From: Antedon mediterranea
Lineage: Eukaryota; Animalia; Echinodermata
Assembly (NCBI RefSeq): GCF_964355755.1
Contig: NC_092670.1
Span: 33,096,388 to 33,160,387, forward strand
Length of the DNA stretch: 64,000 nt
Direction: 5' to 3'
Below are positions 38,180 to 51,371 of the stretch, in pieces (the stretch's first letter is position 1; each line of letters opens with the position of its first letter). Below the pieces are notes generated by a model, which saw only the letters and a program-made list of their open reading frames with translations, did no database searches and was not told the origin of the DNA. Made by a program: the position numbers and the translations under genes.

Positions 38180-41100
38180 CAAAGATCTTATTATACTAAA
38201 GATGGGACACTCTCGAAATTTTACGTGCAATTCATGTAACACACATGGAGCTCATTTTATAGGGCGCCCTCTCGCTCAAACAAGTAGATTTATGGATCAG
38301 ATATGTCTACTGTATTGTAACTTGTAACTTTTTTCATCACAATAATTGCGGTAGTGTGCGATTAAATTATAATGATAGACTTATTTCCTGTACTTTGTAT
38401 ATCTCTATTTGTTTTAATTACTGAATATTGTTGTTATTATTGAATGTTTATCATCATCCTCAAAATCATCATCTAGGAGTAATCATCACTCACATCACTA
38501 TACTACTTATTTATGCGAGTCGGTCCCTCTGGTATTAACACTAAGCGCATAATATTCCGTTTTTGTTCTTGATGTGTTCTTCTTTTTCATCCAGCAGCAA
38601 AACAGTGCAGATTAGGAAAATATATTAGCCAAAGAGTGTGTTATAAACAATTAAAAAAGAACAAGAAGTCACTTTTTAAAATCACTACTGTACTTCGACT
38701 ATTTTAGTGCAGTAATTTTTCGGAATATATTTTATAAACAATCATAGGTAAGCCTACAGCCATGATGAAACACATTATGATAGTCAATTCTGAGACAATT
38801 CATACTAGGCATACATGTACCCATCATTCGCCATGACATTCATTTATTATTATAATTTATTTAAAACATGAGATAACAATTAGTTATGTTATAGTAGTGT
38901 CAGTTTAAAATTAACTCAATAACTATTGCGAAATGATGCACGGGCCACCGAGAGGAAATATAAAAAATGTAGAAACATTGAAATAAAATCATCATATTTA
39001 CAATTATTCATCATACCAGACCGTCGTAATGTCGTGAGGTGGTTTCCCGATTAATCGTACGATCAAAACGGTACTGGGTATGATCAACTAGCGTTCGTGT
39101 TCCCACCTAATCATCCATTCATAGAAGTACTGATGAAGATATCAATCTGTGGTGACAATAGAATGGACCCGAGACCTGGCTATTTTCGACTTTTAAATAA
39201 TAGAAAGTTTAGAAAAATGTTTTTGTTAAAATAGAAATGTACGTTGTATGTATATAGAAAAAAATGGTTGTAGTTTTCAAAATTACGTTGTATAAGTTGC
39301 GATGTGAAAAACTGTTATTTGATCGTTAGTTGTCGTGTACATAAAGCAAAAATATAAATAGCCTATAATAAAATAAAATAAAAATCATTAGTAAAACTTT
39401 TAAAAAGAGTAAAGATATAAGGAAGAAAAGCAAAGAGATCATGGAGCGGCTGTACAAGAATATACAACACTAAGTATTGTAAAGTTAAAAACTAAAAATT
39501 TAGGCGATCTTGTCAAAGGTCAAGCGCCTTCAGCCTGCCACGTTTCGATATTCAATATTGAATATCGAAACGTGGCAGGCTGAAGGCGCTTGACCTTTGA
39601 CAAGATCGCCTAAATTTTTAATATAATATTAACTTTACAATACTTAGTGTTGTATATTCTGCTACAGCCGCTCCATAATCTCTTTGCTTTTCTTCCTTAT
39701 ATCTATATTTTTTAATTTATACTAACAAATATCTTTTTTATTAATATAATAATAATAATATATCAAAAATTTATTAAATAATATTCATCGCATAATTTGC
39801 AATCTAGGCCTACGATAATTTAATTAATTGATATAACAAATGTATTAAATACATAACATCATTGGAATAAAAAGAACAAATCACATATCTACACATAATA
39901 ATCATAACATCGTATACTCTATCTCTATCTAACAATTTATTCAATCTTCTATCGACTAAAGCCGAAGTATAGTCGTTATCTCGGGACCGTTCTATGGCCA
40001 CCACCAGGTAGGCTTACTTCATTAAGGCTTCTATGAATGGATGTACTGGTTGGGAGCAGAAAATCTAGTAGACCATACCCAGTACCGTTTTGATTACGAT
40101 CAATCGGGAATTTACCTCACAAGGTCAAGTTCAATATTGAATATCGAAACGTGGCAGGCTGAAGGCGCTTGACCTTTGACAAGATCGCCTAACTTTTTAG
40201 TTTTAACTTTACAATACTTAGTGTTGTATATTCTGGTACAGCCGCTCCATGATCTCTTTGCTTTTCTTCCTTATATCTTTTACTCTTTTTTAAAGTTTTA
40301 CTAACGATTTTTATTTTATTTTATTTTATTATATTTATGTTTTTGCTTTATGTACACGACAACTGACGATCAAATAACAGTTTTCACATCGCAACTTATA
40401 CAACGTAATTTTGAAAACTTATACAACGTAATTTTGAAAACTACAACCATTTTTCTATATACATACAACGTACATTTCTAGTCTAACAAAAACTTTTCTA
40501 AACTTTCTATTATTTAAAAGTTGAAGATAGCCAGGTCTCGGGTCCATTCTATTGTCGCCACAGATTGATATCTTCATCAGTACTTCTATGAATGGATGAT
40601 TAGGTGGAAACACGAACGCTAGTTGATCATACCCAGTACCGTTTGATCGTACGATTAATCGGGAAACTACCATACGACATTATGATCATCATTTCTAGCC
40701 GATAATGCACAGACCGGGGCGCGTACAGACCTCCTACAACTTTACCATACCTCAGAAATGTAAATTTGTTACTCTTCTTCTTCTGATTATGTCTCTGTTG
40801 AAGAATTTAACAGCATAGAATATGCGTAGGTTTACTTATGTTTCAATTAGCAATGTTTCAATTGCTGGTGAACAAACATTAACTTCATACCAAATCTATG
40901 TAACATGGTAGCGATTTTTAACTTTATTTTTCTGATGATGTTTTATGTATGTAAGTATTTGTTAAAGTTAGAAACAAAAATCTTTTCACAAATAGATAGG
41001 ACATTAACTACATTGTCAGTAGGCATAATTAATCCTCCGAAGTCGGTACTGGTTGATGGGCATATAAGACTTAAAATGTGTTAGGAACTGCTTTGGGTCT

Positions 41101-41854
41101 TCCAGTTTTCGATTGGTTTCTCGCATCGCACTGTTACTACAGATATCGCACTTACTTTCTTGACGACGTAACCGGCTACATAATTATACTAAAGTATAAG
41201 TAGAGTCATCTCAAAGTCTTCTAAGCGGCAGTCGTCGTCAGTGGTGGCATCGTTGTCTTCTTGATCGGCAACATGATGTGGCGTTGATGATGATGATGAT
41301 TGGGCCATCATTATTGCATCAATTCCATTTAGCTGTACTGTCGATCAGTGTCTTCTAGGCAATTCGAATTCCCCTAACGGAACAACATCCTGTTGAACAT
41401 AACTTCCTTCAGGGAGGCTCTAAATTCATCTACCATCTGGTTATAGCAATGACCCCCTCTCCCTCTGACAATAGAAAATAAGTTCTCATTGCAATCTTGA
41501 TTTAGTCTGCCTGTGACCATCAGTATTTGAGATTCTTCGAAATGAATGTTGCACAAGTGGCAATTACGGTGTAAATAGGAACTTGGTTTCCTTCTCAAAT
41601 CCACGCGTCGTGTGTTCTGGGCCCATTTTGCACACCTGTAAATTAATAATTGTCATACAAACTTTGGCGCGAAAACTCAATCCCTAAAGAATACTGCGAT
41701 CGTCACGCAAAAGTTCGTTACTTGTTTAAGCGAGGGGGCGCACTATAATTTGACGCTTCTAAAGTGTTACGCGTAAACGCGGGTAGTGTCACATCTTTAG
41801 TATAATAAGATAAACGCGGGTAATGTCACGTCTTTAGTATAATAAGATCTTTTG
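38180..41854 (-). mobile_element. Inner P element with internally deleted THAP/P-transposase remnant
   Basis: TIR caaagatcttattatactaaaga; TSD tatgtat (38173-38179 / 41855-41861). ORF 41374-41604 fuses THAP-like LCNIHFEESQ to the P-transposase motif TGRLNQD..ENLFSIVRGRGG; further degenerate C-terminal motifs (AGYVVKK, GGLIMP) at ~41020-41180. Confidence 0.85.
39025..40685. repeat. Tail-out fold-back repeat of a ~550-bp non-coding unit (PLE-like architecture)
   Basis: 39025-39556 is the reverse complement of ~40130-40685; spacerless palindrome centred at 39556/39557; diverged extra tail copy at ~40028-40120. Confidence 0.8.
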
Positions 41855-42800
41855 TATGTATACATCCGCCCTTATGAGGGCGGGCATCACTCTCTGGAGC
41901 TCTCTGTTACAAATTTCTCATGCAAAAATCGCGGAATACTCATTCTTGTGATATATATTTTTTGGCTAGATCCCCTAGTAGGCATAGGCTAGGCCTAGTA
42001 CGTAGTATAGTTATTCTTCAACAGTCACACAATTCAGATTCTGCCGCTGATTGCTAGTGAACATGGGGAGGGAGAGAAAGAGTTAGAAGAAGTGAAATAA
42101 GCAGCCGTGACGTATAATAAACATCATACAAAATAATAATATAACTAACGAATCCGTATAATATAATAATGTTGTATGTTATAAAGTACGGTAAATGGGT
42201 TTAATATAATACAATTATATTATAGTATAATGTATTTTATTAATAATATAATAGTAAATGTTCATAATATAATGCCAAAACCGAATAATAAAATACAAAA
42301 AGTCAATAATTTGTTAAATTTTTAAAATAATATATTAGAAATAGATATAATATAATGCTAAAACCAAGTAATATAATGCAAAACGTATAATTCATTACAA
42401 TACAATATATAATATAATAAAAAATCATATAATAATATAATATTTTGAATACTTCAAACAGCTGAGGCTTGCCATATCTTTACTCTACTTTTATGAATTT
42501 ACATTCAATTCAATTCAATTTCTTTTTATTTCGGAAATATCATCCATATTAATAAACGTATAAACAGAACAAAAATAAAATAAAAAATCGTAAACTCTAA
42601 ACTTAAGTATATACATTGTATAACACTAAACGTTAGAGGAGCTATAGAAATATAAATAAGCAACATAAACTTTTCCATAAAATCAGAATATGTTTGGGAA
42701 GGAGAAGCGATCCATAGTATAAGTAATTCACATAGTAGATGAGTGTCTATACTATTACGAAAAGGTCTTTAATGCAAAATGGTTAAAAAGCTTACTGATA

Positions 42801-44375
42801 CTAGAGGGTGAGCTCATTTCGTTCGCTCCCCTTCTAGTTAGGAAGTGTAGATGATGGATCTCTGAATGATAATGACTCTGGTAAAAAGGACGTTCTCCTT
42901 GTACATCTCCGGTTACCATTATTGAAAATACTTAACATTCGTAAAACTAAACCTACTCTGTTTCACAGTGTCTTAGATGATTATAGTAGTATAGTGTTTA
43001 TTGTTTGGTAGGGCCATTATAGGGCCAAGTTGGGGAGGCGGAGTTCTTTTGAGGGAGGTGCTTATTTGAGGGATATGTTTTATTTTTTTTGTTTTAATCA
43101 TATTGTAACATTTATAATAAAAAATCCTCTAATTGATATGAAAAGTGATAAAAAAGAAAATTAAATGCTTGGTAAATTGTAAATATAAGTCCGATGAATT
43201 CTAATACAAGTATAACTGTATTAAAAATATATAAAAAAAAAATGCGATTATTATTCTAAGTAAATAAAATCCAAAGTGGTATAATTATTACATGATTTAG
43301 TTTAGTTCAATTCAGTCAGTCACACAGAGTGGACGTGTTGTTTGGGAGTCTCCTTGGCTGTAAGATGCCAGTGATAGGCAAACATCCTAGGCCTACACCT
43401 GTGGATTATCTTGCCTGAAGACCACACTGCTTATTATTTTATTTTCTACTATCATACTACATTAAACCAGGGAAGAGTTAAATTAACTCTTCCCTGATTA
43501 AACTATGGAAGAATGTTGAAGAGAGACTGTATTTGCGAGTCTACTGTAATACCAGTCTTCCCCAAATCACCGACGGAGGATTGATTTGCGAAAGTAAGTG
43601 AACAGTCAGTGAATAAATATCGTTAACATTTTTACTAATCTACATTATTTTATTCTCATCAAAGACACTTTTGGAAATAAGTACCTGTATTAACATCTAT
43701 ACTAAATGCAAATTTCAAGTCCACACGCCTCATACCGGACACGTAAACAATACCTGGCTTTATATTCCGCTACTTGTACTACAGCAGCTACAGATTTTAT
43801 ACGCACAGTCAATCATAGCCTCTACCCGTAAACAACATATGATCCACACTCCGTTGAATACTACTTCAACTGCGTGGGCCGTGTTTTGTCCTAAGAATGA
43901 GGAAGACGTTTTAGACGGTTTGCAATATGGGCAGAATTATCTCAGGGTCCTAATTGAACACAGATAGCCCACAGTTATTCTTACCAGGTTACTCAATAAC
44001 TCAGCTACCAGAATTTCAAACAAAATGTCTTAGTTCTCCCTATGTACGTAAGCATATACTATTCTCCACAATACACTCGGATGCTTTATGGCGTATATTT
44101 AATATTCTACTGGACCTTCACACGTGTGGTCCGAAAATTAAAAAAAAAACTAAAATGGCTATCGCCACCAACAGCCAACTTAGTTGAAACCAGGAAGTTG
44201 CAAGGTGAACCCGTTGACTCATCGTGAACCCAGAGATTACTAACTACCGCGCACATTAAAAATCGACCGATGGACACAAATTCGGTTTCAAAACCCTTTA
44301 TAATATCTTTCTAAGATAGAAATAATGGAGCAATATCGTAATAGTTGGAAACTAATGTTTTCAAATTTACGTTTC
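42801..44375 (-). mobile_element. Second Helitron-like repeat family H2 (second copy ~46425-46688 + ~47780-48395)
   Basis: Both copies begin with ctagag..tgagctc..cgctcccc..tctag (CTAG + hairpin on the minus strand) and share colinear blocks; 5' ends not defined. Confidence 0.55.
43468..43496. mobile_element. 29-bp CA..TG palindrome with 7-bp TSD (probable P-element excision footprint)
   Basis: attaaac-CAGGGAAGAGTTAAATTAACTCTTCCCTG-attaaac. Confidence 0.78.
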
Positions 44376-46405
44376 ACCCTTCCCTCACTGGCATGAGTAG
44401 CGTTGTAAAACCAGAAGAGGATGGGCCTACGGTACATCACGTGCCCTAAACGCAGAACAACTTTGGAGGGTAGGGTAGGAACCAACTTAAGTATGAATTG
44501 GCTCTAAGAAACAATTGAAAACCATTATGCCTATTAATTAAGTTTAGTTAGATAATTTAATATTTATTGACCATTAAATCGAATTTATGATTTTGCCCGA
44601 ATAGAGGTGGTTTTCACAAATTGTTTTAAATTATAAAAACATATTATACACGTCGTAGTGATGTATCGTTACATGTACTATACTATTTCAATCGACGGTG
44701 ATAGTTTCAACAAAGTATTAATTCGCAATGTTTTATTGTGTATAGTGGTATATTATTTGTAAAACATGTTAAACAATTGTCTCATTTTGTGACAAGTTTC
44801 TCTTTCGGAAGTAATTCCCAGGGTGCTAATTTTAGTTGTGTACATAAATCACAGTGTCTATTTATTCGTTCCTGTAAACGACATGTATTATTGTCCTGCG
44901 GTACGTACATTTGAAATCGCCAATTCTTTAACGCTGAAATTATTATGTATTCGAGAACCATCTGTGGGCACCATCTAGTCTATATATAAATTTACGTAAG
45001 GGCAAAATTCGGTAAATCGCGCGTTATTTCTAGAATGATTACTCGATGGTATATAAAGTTGGTTCGTACTTTCGGTACTGATTTTAACCGCCTGATGTAA
45101 CCCTTTTTACTAATTAAATTGAGTTCGATAATTAGTTATTGACGATTAAAACGAATTTAGGTTCAACGATTTGCCCCAAATAGGGATGTTTTTCGATCGT
45201 GGTATACACTGTCTAATGGATGTCCGTCTTGAAAAATACCCGCAGACGATAATACGAGGATGCTTCGCATTTTCCTATCTTCTCGTACGATAATTGTTTT
45301 TAATGGCTGAAAACCGGTTGAACAGCTCGAGTACAGCATCATAATGTTGAAGACAGGCCAATTTTCTTAAAAAAATACTATTTTGATAGATTTAATATAC
45401 GTTTATACAAATGTATTGATTTGCGATGAATGGAACATTCCAATCTCTGTTCCACAAATGTCTATTCCCTCAGTCGTCGTAAAGGCAAGTGCTGTATACT
45501 CATAACAGAAATTCGATCCATTTTTTTTCCCAATCTGTGCTGCAGAGGTTGGATATAGGCCTAGATTTTTTCTAACGGATAATAATGAGCTAGTGTTTTC
45601 TGTCGCCGCGGGCGTATATTATGTGCAAATCTTTAAACCACCCCGGGAACCACCCACATCATCACCCTTCCCTCACTGGCATGAGTAGCGTTGTAAAGCC
45701 AGTAGAGGATAGGCCTACGGTGGTACGAAGGATCAACAACAACTTCGGGTGGGTAGGGTAGGAACCAACTTAAATATGAATTGGCTCTAGAAACAATTGA
45801 AAACCATTAGGCCTACTAATTAAGTTGAGTTAGATAATTTAATATGTATTAACGATTAAATCGAATTTATGATTTTGCCCCAAATAGAGAGGTGGTTTTC
45901 ACAAATTGTTTAACATCATATACATAATATATATTATATACGTCGTAGTGTATCGTTACATGTACTGTACTATTTCAATCGACTAGGACGGTGATAGTTT
46001 CAATTACATCGCAATGTTTTACTGTGTTTAGTGGTATATTATTTGTAAAACATGAAAACAATTAATATTTCGTTACTAAATGGATAAAGAATATATTTAA
46101 AAATTGTTCCTCTTTGCACCCATCCTCTTCCCCATCCCTCAACCATAATGTTACATACAAAACACAAATAAAGTTTGTTTAAATTTGACTTAAACAATTG
46201 GTCTCATTTTGCGAAAAGTTTCTCTTTCGGAAGTAATTCCCAGGGTGCTAATTTTAGCCGAGTACATAAATCACAGTGTCTTATTGTCCTGCATTATTGT
46301 ACATTTGAAATCTTCAGTTTTTTAACGCTGAAATTATTATGTATTTGAGAACCATCTGTGGGCACGACCTAGATGGTACGCGAGCGAAGCGAGCGTACCA
46401 TCTAG
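44375..46405 (+). mobile_element. Head-to-tail Helitron H1 pair (3' half ~44375-44978; full copy 44979-46405)
   Basis: Direct CTAG|TC junction at 44978/44979; homology to 11675-13227 and 29791-31965. Confidence 0.87.
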
Positions 46406-46688
46406 TTAATCATAATTTATATAGCTAGAGAATGAGCTCGCTTCGCTCCCCCCCCCCCCTACCCCTCTAGGAAGTGTAGACGATGGTTCTCGGAATGAGA
46501 ATGTTCTCCTTGTATGTTTTTCTGTCGGTTACCATTATTGAAAATGCTTGTTATTCGTAAAACTAAACTATTCTGTTTCACAGTGTCTTAGATGATTAAT
46601 AACATTTTAAAATATAGTCTTTATTGTTTGGTAGGGAATTTATAGGGCGGAGGTGGGGAGCTGGAGTTCATTTGAGGGAGGTGCTTAT

Positions 46689-47700
46689 TCAAGAAAGAAA
46701 ACATTTATACGAGTTGCAACATGGGCAGACATCTCGATTCCAAACGGACACAGATGTCACACAGCCGCAATTACGGCTCTTTCGGACATGTAATATCTGG
46801 TAACCACCGGTAAACAACGGTAAATAGCCACAACTGTACACATATATAAATGTAAAAAGTAAATTTAATAATAATCTTTGACAAATAATTCTTCCTTTTA
46901 TAATCCAAACCCCCCAAAAAATACCACAGCAAAAACCCAACCAATTCTCAAACAATGATACAGTATCCCTATTCCCCACACAATTTATACCCTTTCCCAA
47001 ATTCCCAATTCTTCCAGACAAAATATCAACAATCTTCTTATTGTAAAATAAATCCCAGAAACCTCCCCCTCTAAATACAATAATATCACAAGATGAATAA
47101 TTAAACAATAATAAATGTCCACAATATCGTTCCTTCTTGCCTTTTCTCCTACGCTGACACAAAAACAAATTCGAAAGATAAAAGTTAAAACGATTCTGCA
47201 ACTAAACAACTCCCACGCCTCTGCTCCCGTTCTGCTTGTATTCCCAATTATAATTCTTCTCAAACTGCAACTATTTTCTGACATAAATAAATGAAATATA
47301 AAGTTAAAATGTTTCTTGATGTCTTTCTGTACTGCCTTATAGTATTACTTCCAACTCACAATTTATTAACTTCATGTATATCACCTTATTTCCTTTCCGC
47401 TTCAGCTCTATATCACCATAATTCTTTCCAACCAACACTTTATTAACTTCATATATATCACTTTACTTCCTTTCTGCTTCAACATAACATAGCCCTCCTT
47501 CTCTGTCTCCTCTCAATTTTCATCTCCCTCAAAATTTCCTCAATTATACACATACCACCACCTTATCCTTCTCAACCAATCAGCAACTCACACACCAACT
47601 CAACTCTTACACCTCTCCTCCAATCAGTAACCTCCACACACTCCTTCTCTGCACACAAACACTCTGCTCCACTGGCTTCAAACAAAAGTCTCCTAAAACA
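46689..47700 (-). mobile_element. Highly degenerate L1/Tx1-like LINE 3' fragment
   Basis: Interrupts the H2 copy; strong strand skew; weak resemblance to the C-terminal zinc-knuckle region (C..N.DT..LF). Confidence 0.4.
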
Positions 47701-48397
47701 AAAGAAAGGTTAAAATAATGAAAACAAAAGGAAAAGTAAGAATGACTTGCAAAATAAATACAAAACTTATGTCACTTGTGACAACAGATAGCCTACAGTT
47801 ATTCCTGCCAGCTAACTTAATAAAACTCAGCTTTCGGGATTTCACTCGATTAATGTCTTATCATCAAATCTCCCTATGTAATTGTATAATACTATTCCCC
47901 ACAATATATTCCGATTCTTTATGGCGAACAGTATATTTAATTTGATCTTTATTAATTTGCAGTATAATTTTTATTTTTTAACTACTGTACCTTTCACACG
48001 CTCGGTCCGTTCCTAAAATAAACAAATCAAAAAGAATGGCTATGACTATAGCCAACTTAAGCTCCAGTCCTACTATCTGTTTTTTTCTTCCGTCTTCCAA
48101 AGGGACACTGTATTGGTTGATGGAAAGTGCCTGTTTCCAGTCACCTTTAGGGTCAAATCTATTATTTTAACTGCTCCCTTGTGTATAAAAGAGAGAAAAT
48201 AGTTGAAATCATGTTGCTGGAAGGTGAACTCATCGTAAACCCGGAAATTACTTAACCGCGAAGAATTGAAATTGATTGAAAATATATTGTTGAAATTATA
48301 AATGTTGTTAAAAAACTCTTTATAATATCTTCCTAAGATAGAAATATGGAACAATAGCATTGATCTGAACACTAATGTTATCAAATCTACGTTTCGC

Positions 48398-49582
48398 GGT
48401 ACATCTCACCGTAACTCACCGTAACTCACCGTACACCACTCTAAATGAGTGGTGCAAGAGGATGGTGGGCCGGTCGTGGCCCTCTATTAGCCCCTCTCGT
48501 CTTCTGAAATTGTCTTTTAAATAGTATGGTTGTGTCAATTTCTACTGTACTGGCAGGAGAGCATTCCATGAATTTACGACTCATTAGGTAAAAAAATGAC
48601 TACGGCAATTTAATTGAGCATTATTCTTTTTCAATTTATGTTTATGGCCACTAGTGGCGGTATATTCAGACTTTTGAAAAAGTAAATCAATATCAATAGT
48701 CTCTTTGTTAGAAAGAAAATTATATGTTTGAATCATATCCTCTCTATATCGTCTTTCTTCTAAGGTTGTTAAATTAAAACCTTTTAACCTATCTGCATAG
48801 GGCATGCCATGCAAACTACAGTAGGTGGTAGCCTAGTTGCTCTCCTCTGAACTTTTTCTAATAAAAGAATGTCCTTCCTTAGTTGAGGAGACCATGCCTG
48901 GACTGCAAATTTGAGATGAGGCCTGACTAATCCAATATAAAGCAATTTATTCATATCAACTGATTTATATTTAATGGATCTTTTAATAGTACCTAATACT
49001 CGTTTTGCTGTTTTGGCTGCTGCTACACATTGTTTACTAGTCTTAAGAGATTTATCAATAATCACTCCCAAGTCTTTTTGTTCTGTTACTTTATCTAGGA
49101 TAACCCCATCAAGTTCATAAGATTGATTCGGATTATTAAATCCCAGGTGCATGACATTGCATATACTAATATTAAAGCTCATTAGCTCAAAGTGATAACT
49201 TGTCAATATCATTTTGTATTACTCAAGGATCGACCTCGGAATGCACACTTCAAAACAATTTAATATCATCAGCAAATTTCAACAATGAAGAATCAAAGGA
49301 AAAATCTATGTCATCAATAAAAATGAGAAAAAGCACCGGTCCGAGGAGTGGAGTTGTGGCTTGGTGGTTATGATGCTTGGTTACCACTGCACTCTAAGGG
49401 TCCTGGGTTCAAGTCCCATCACATGTCAGGATTTTTTCTAAGGACCAAATTACTCCACTCCAAAAGACTTGTAATAAGACTTTGTTTATGTAGAGCATTT
49501 TGTGTATATGTTTGTCTTGTGAACCTCTGAGGGTCCCTAATTATCAACAATTAATAGCTGGATGGATCACCCTCATTAAATA

Positions 49583-49613
<31 letters not shown>

Positions 49614-49830
49614 CCCTGAGGCACACCACTATAAACAGGGGCCCACTCAGATTTCCTACCATTCACAACAACCCTTTGAGATCTATCACTAAGCCAATTT
49701 TGTATCCACATGCCAAATGGAATTTCAATACCATGATACCATTAGCCTAAACTGTTTTCATCAACCTTACATGAGAAACTTTATAGAAGGCTTTTTGGAA
49801 ATCAAAATAAATTACATCTACTGGTAAACC
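48398..49830 (-). mobile_element. CR1-clade LINE 3' fragment
   Basis: DVIYFDFQKAF, SGVPQG..LGP, KFADD, KDLGVIID, LVRPHL..AVQAWSP, LEKVQRRATR motifs; (GGTGAGTTAC)n 3' tail at ~48405-48432. Confidence 0.9.
49348..49613 (+). mobile_element. tRNA-derived SINE with poly(A) tail inserted in the CR1 RT motif
   Basis: tggcttggtgg A-box, gggttcaagtccc B-box, ~25-nt A tail; splits GVPQG|LGP. Confidence 0.8.
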
Positions 49831-51371
49831 TTCGGTAGGTGTATATCACATACGTATGTTCTAACACAAAAGTCGGCATACGTCGACAACTCATTCATTG
49901 AGCTCTGATTGGTTGCGAAATTGTTCATTCCTCAAAAAGTAGAAACTACACATTTTATCGTATAAAACTGCTTGCCTATAGGCTACCTGAATGAATGGAT
50001 ACAATGATTAACATCACCATTTATACGCCGAGGAATTTGAGCGATGGAAACTTTCCCACAAAATATTTTCGGACTTCGCAATTAATAACTACATTCATGT
50101 TTTTAAAAAACTTCTTCACAGTCACAATTGTTTCTCGTTTAATCAACGATGACCTAGAATCTTTAAGTTGTTGTTTGTAACTATTTTAATTGTGATTTTT
50201 AGCCTTGTAATACACATTTAATTATACATGATGTATTTGGCAATACATTCGAACTTAAAATGGCTGCTTGTAAAAAAAATTGGTTGAAGATAACGTCTAA
50301 GTAAAATTCACACAAATAATAACACTTTTTTTTATTTGTATAAACACGTTGTAATGATCATTTTTACACACATTATACATATTATACTGTAAGTAAAAAT
50401 AGATAAATACGATTCCCTCAGTAACATTTCAGAAACGATTAATATGTGATTCAGATAAAATAGTTTGGTGCAAAATAAAAAACGATCAAAACAAAAATAC
50501 AGTTATTGGAATTATTTATAGACCACCCAGCGGCTCAACATACGCTGATAACAATTTAAACATACTCCAAATTCTCTCGCGTGAATAAGCAAATTACAAA
50601 AATAACTACCATACATTGTCGGTAATTTCAATGAAAGGACCGGGAAAAATCTAGAACTTATTATAAGTGACGAATGCCCACATGGATGGGACAATGAACT
50701 ATATAATATTGATCACAAAATTCTAATTAGAACAAATTGCGATGTGGTTGTGAATGGTTTTGGTAATGATATGCTTGAGTTTTGCAGAGAAACTGGTTTA
50801 AAAATCACCAATGGAAGGATATTCTTTGACACTTCAAACGAATTTACCTTTGTAAGCCACCAAGGCAAAAGCGTATATGTGAGTATGTACTAACATCGCC
50901 CGACGCGTTTAATTCTATTGACAGACTAGGTAATGACCGTATTGAATCTGATCATATGCCAATATAATTTAATATTAAAAATATATTACCACAGCCCATT
51001 AGATAATGACAACATAAATAATACCCATCAATAACTAAAATGTTACTTTTGGAACATCAATTTATTACCTTCATTTAACTCAAGATAGCAACAAACTTTT
51101 ATTACAGATCTTAACAAAACATTACCACATCAGAACTCACGGCCACTAATATATTTTTAAATAATATTTATATTGTATTTGAATATTTCTGTACAAGCTT
51201 TATATGGCATCCAATATTATCTTCGCCTATTATCAACTGGTATGACAAAAATTTGCTTTAATTAAACGTTATATTAGAAAATGTGTACGAGGGTTTAGAT
51301 ATCACCGTGACCTAATATCACTTGGGAAATATTTAAATGCGAAAAAGAGATATACACACATTATTTTTAAC

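Larger units (their letters stand above)
37437..41964. mobile_element. Outer P-superfamily non-autonomous element
   Basis: ~45-bp TIRs caaa..tatatcacaagaatgagta.tccgcgatttt; 7-bp TSD gctagat (37430-37436 / 41965-41971). Confidence 0.82.
29232..42476. mobile_element. Giant fold-back element: ~2.2-kb inverted arms (left 29232-34135, right 34851-42476, each expanded by later insertions) around a ~715-bp AT-rich spacer
   Basis: Arms align as reverse complements throughout; termini tatggcaagcctcagctg / cagctgaggcttgccata; flanking direct repeat tcttta (29226-29231 / 42477-42482). Confidence 0.85.

Noticed and set aside
29232-42476. Polinton/Maverick interpretation of the fold-back (long TIR, 6-bp TSD)
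   Set aside because: No AG..CT termini and no pPolB, integrase or capsid remnants seen.
8665-42476. Large palindromes as assembly or amplification chimeras
   Set aside because: Arms carry many independent substitutions and arm-specific insertions with TSDs, which artefactual fold-backs would lack.
49835-50690. Unassigned segment between the CR1 and the old LINE
   Set aside because: No recognisable termini, motifs or second copy in the window.
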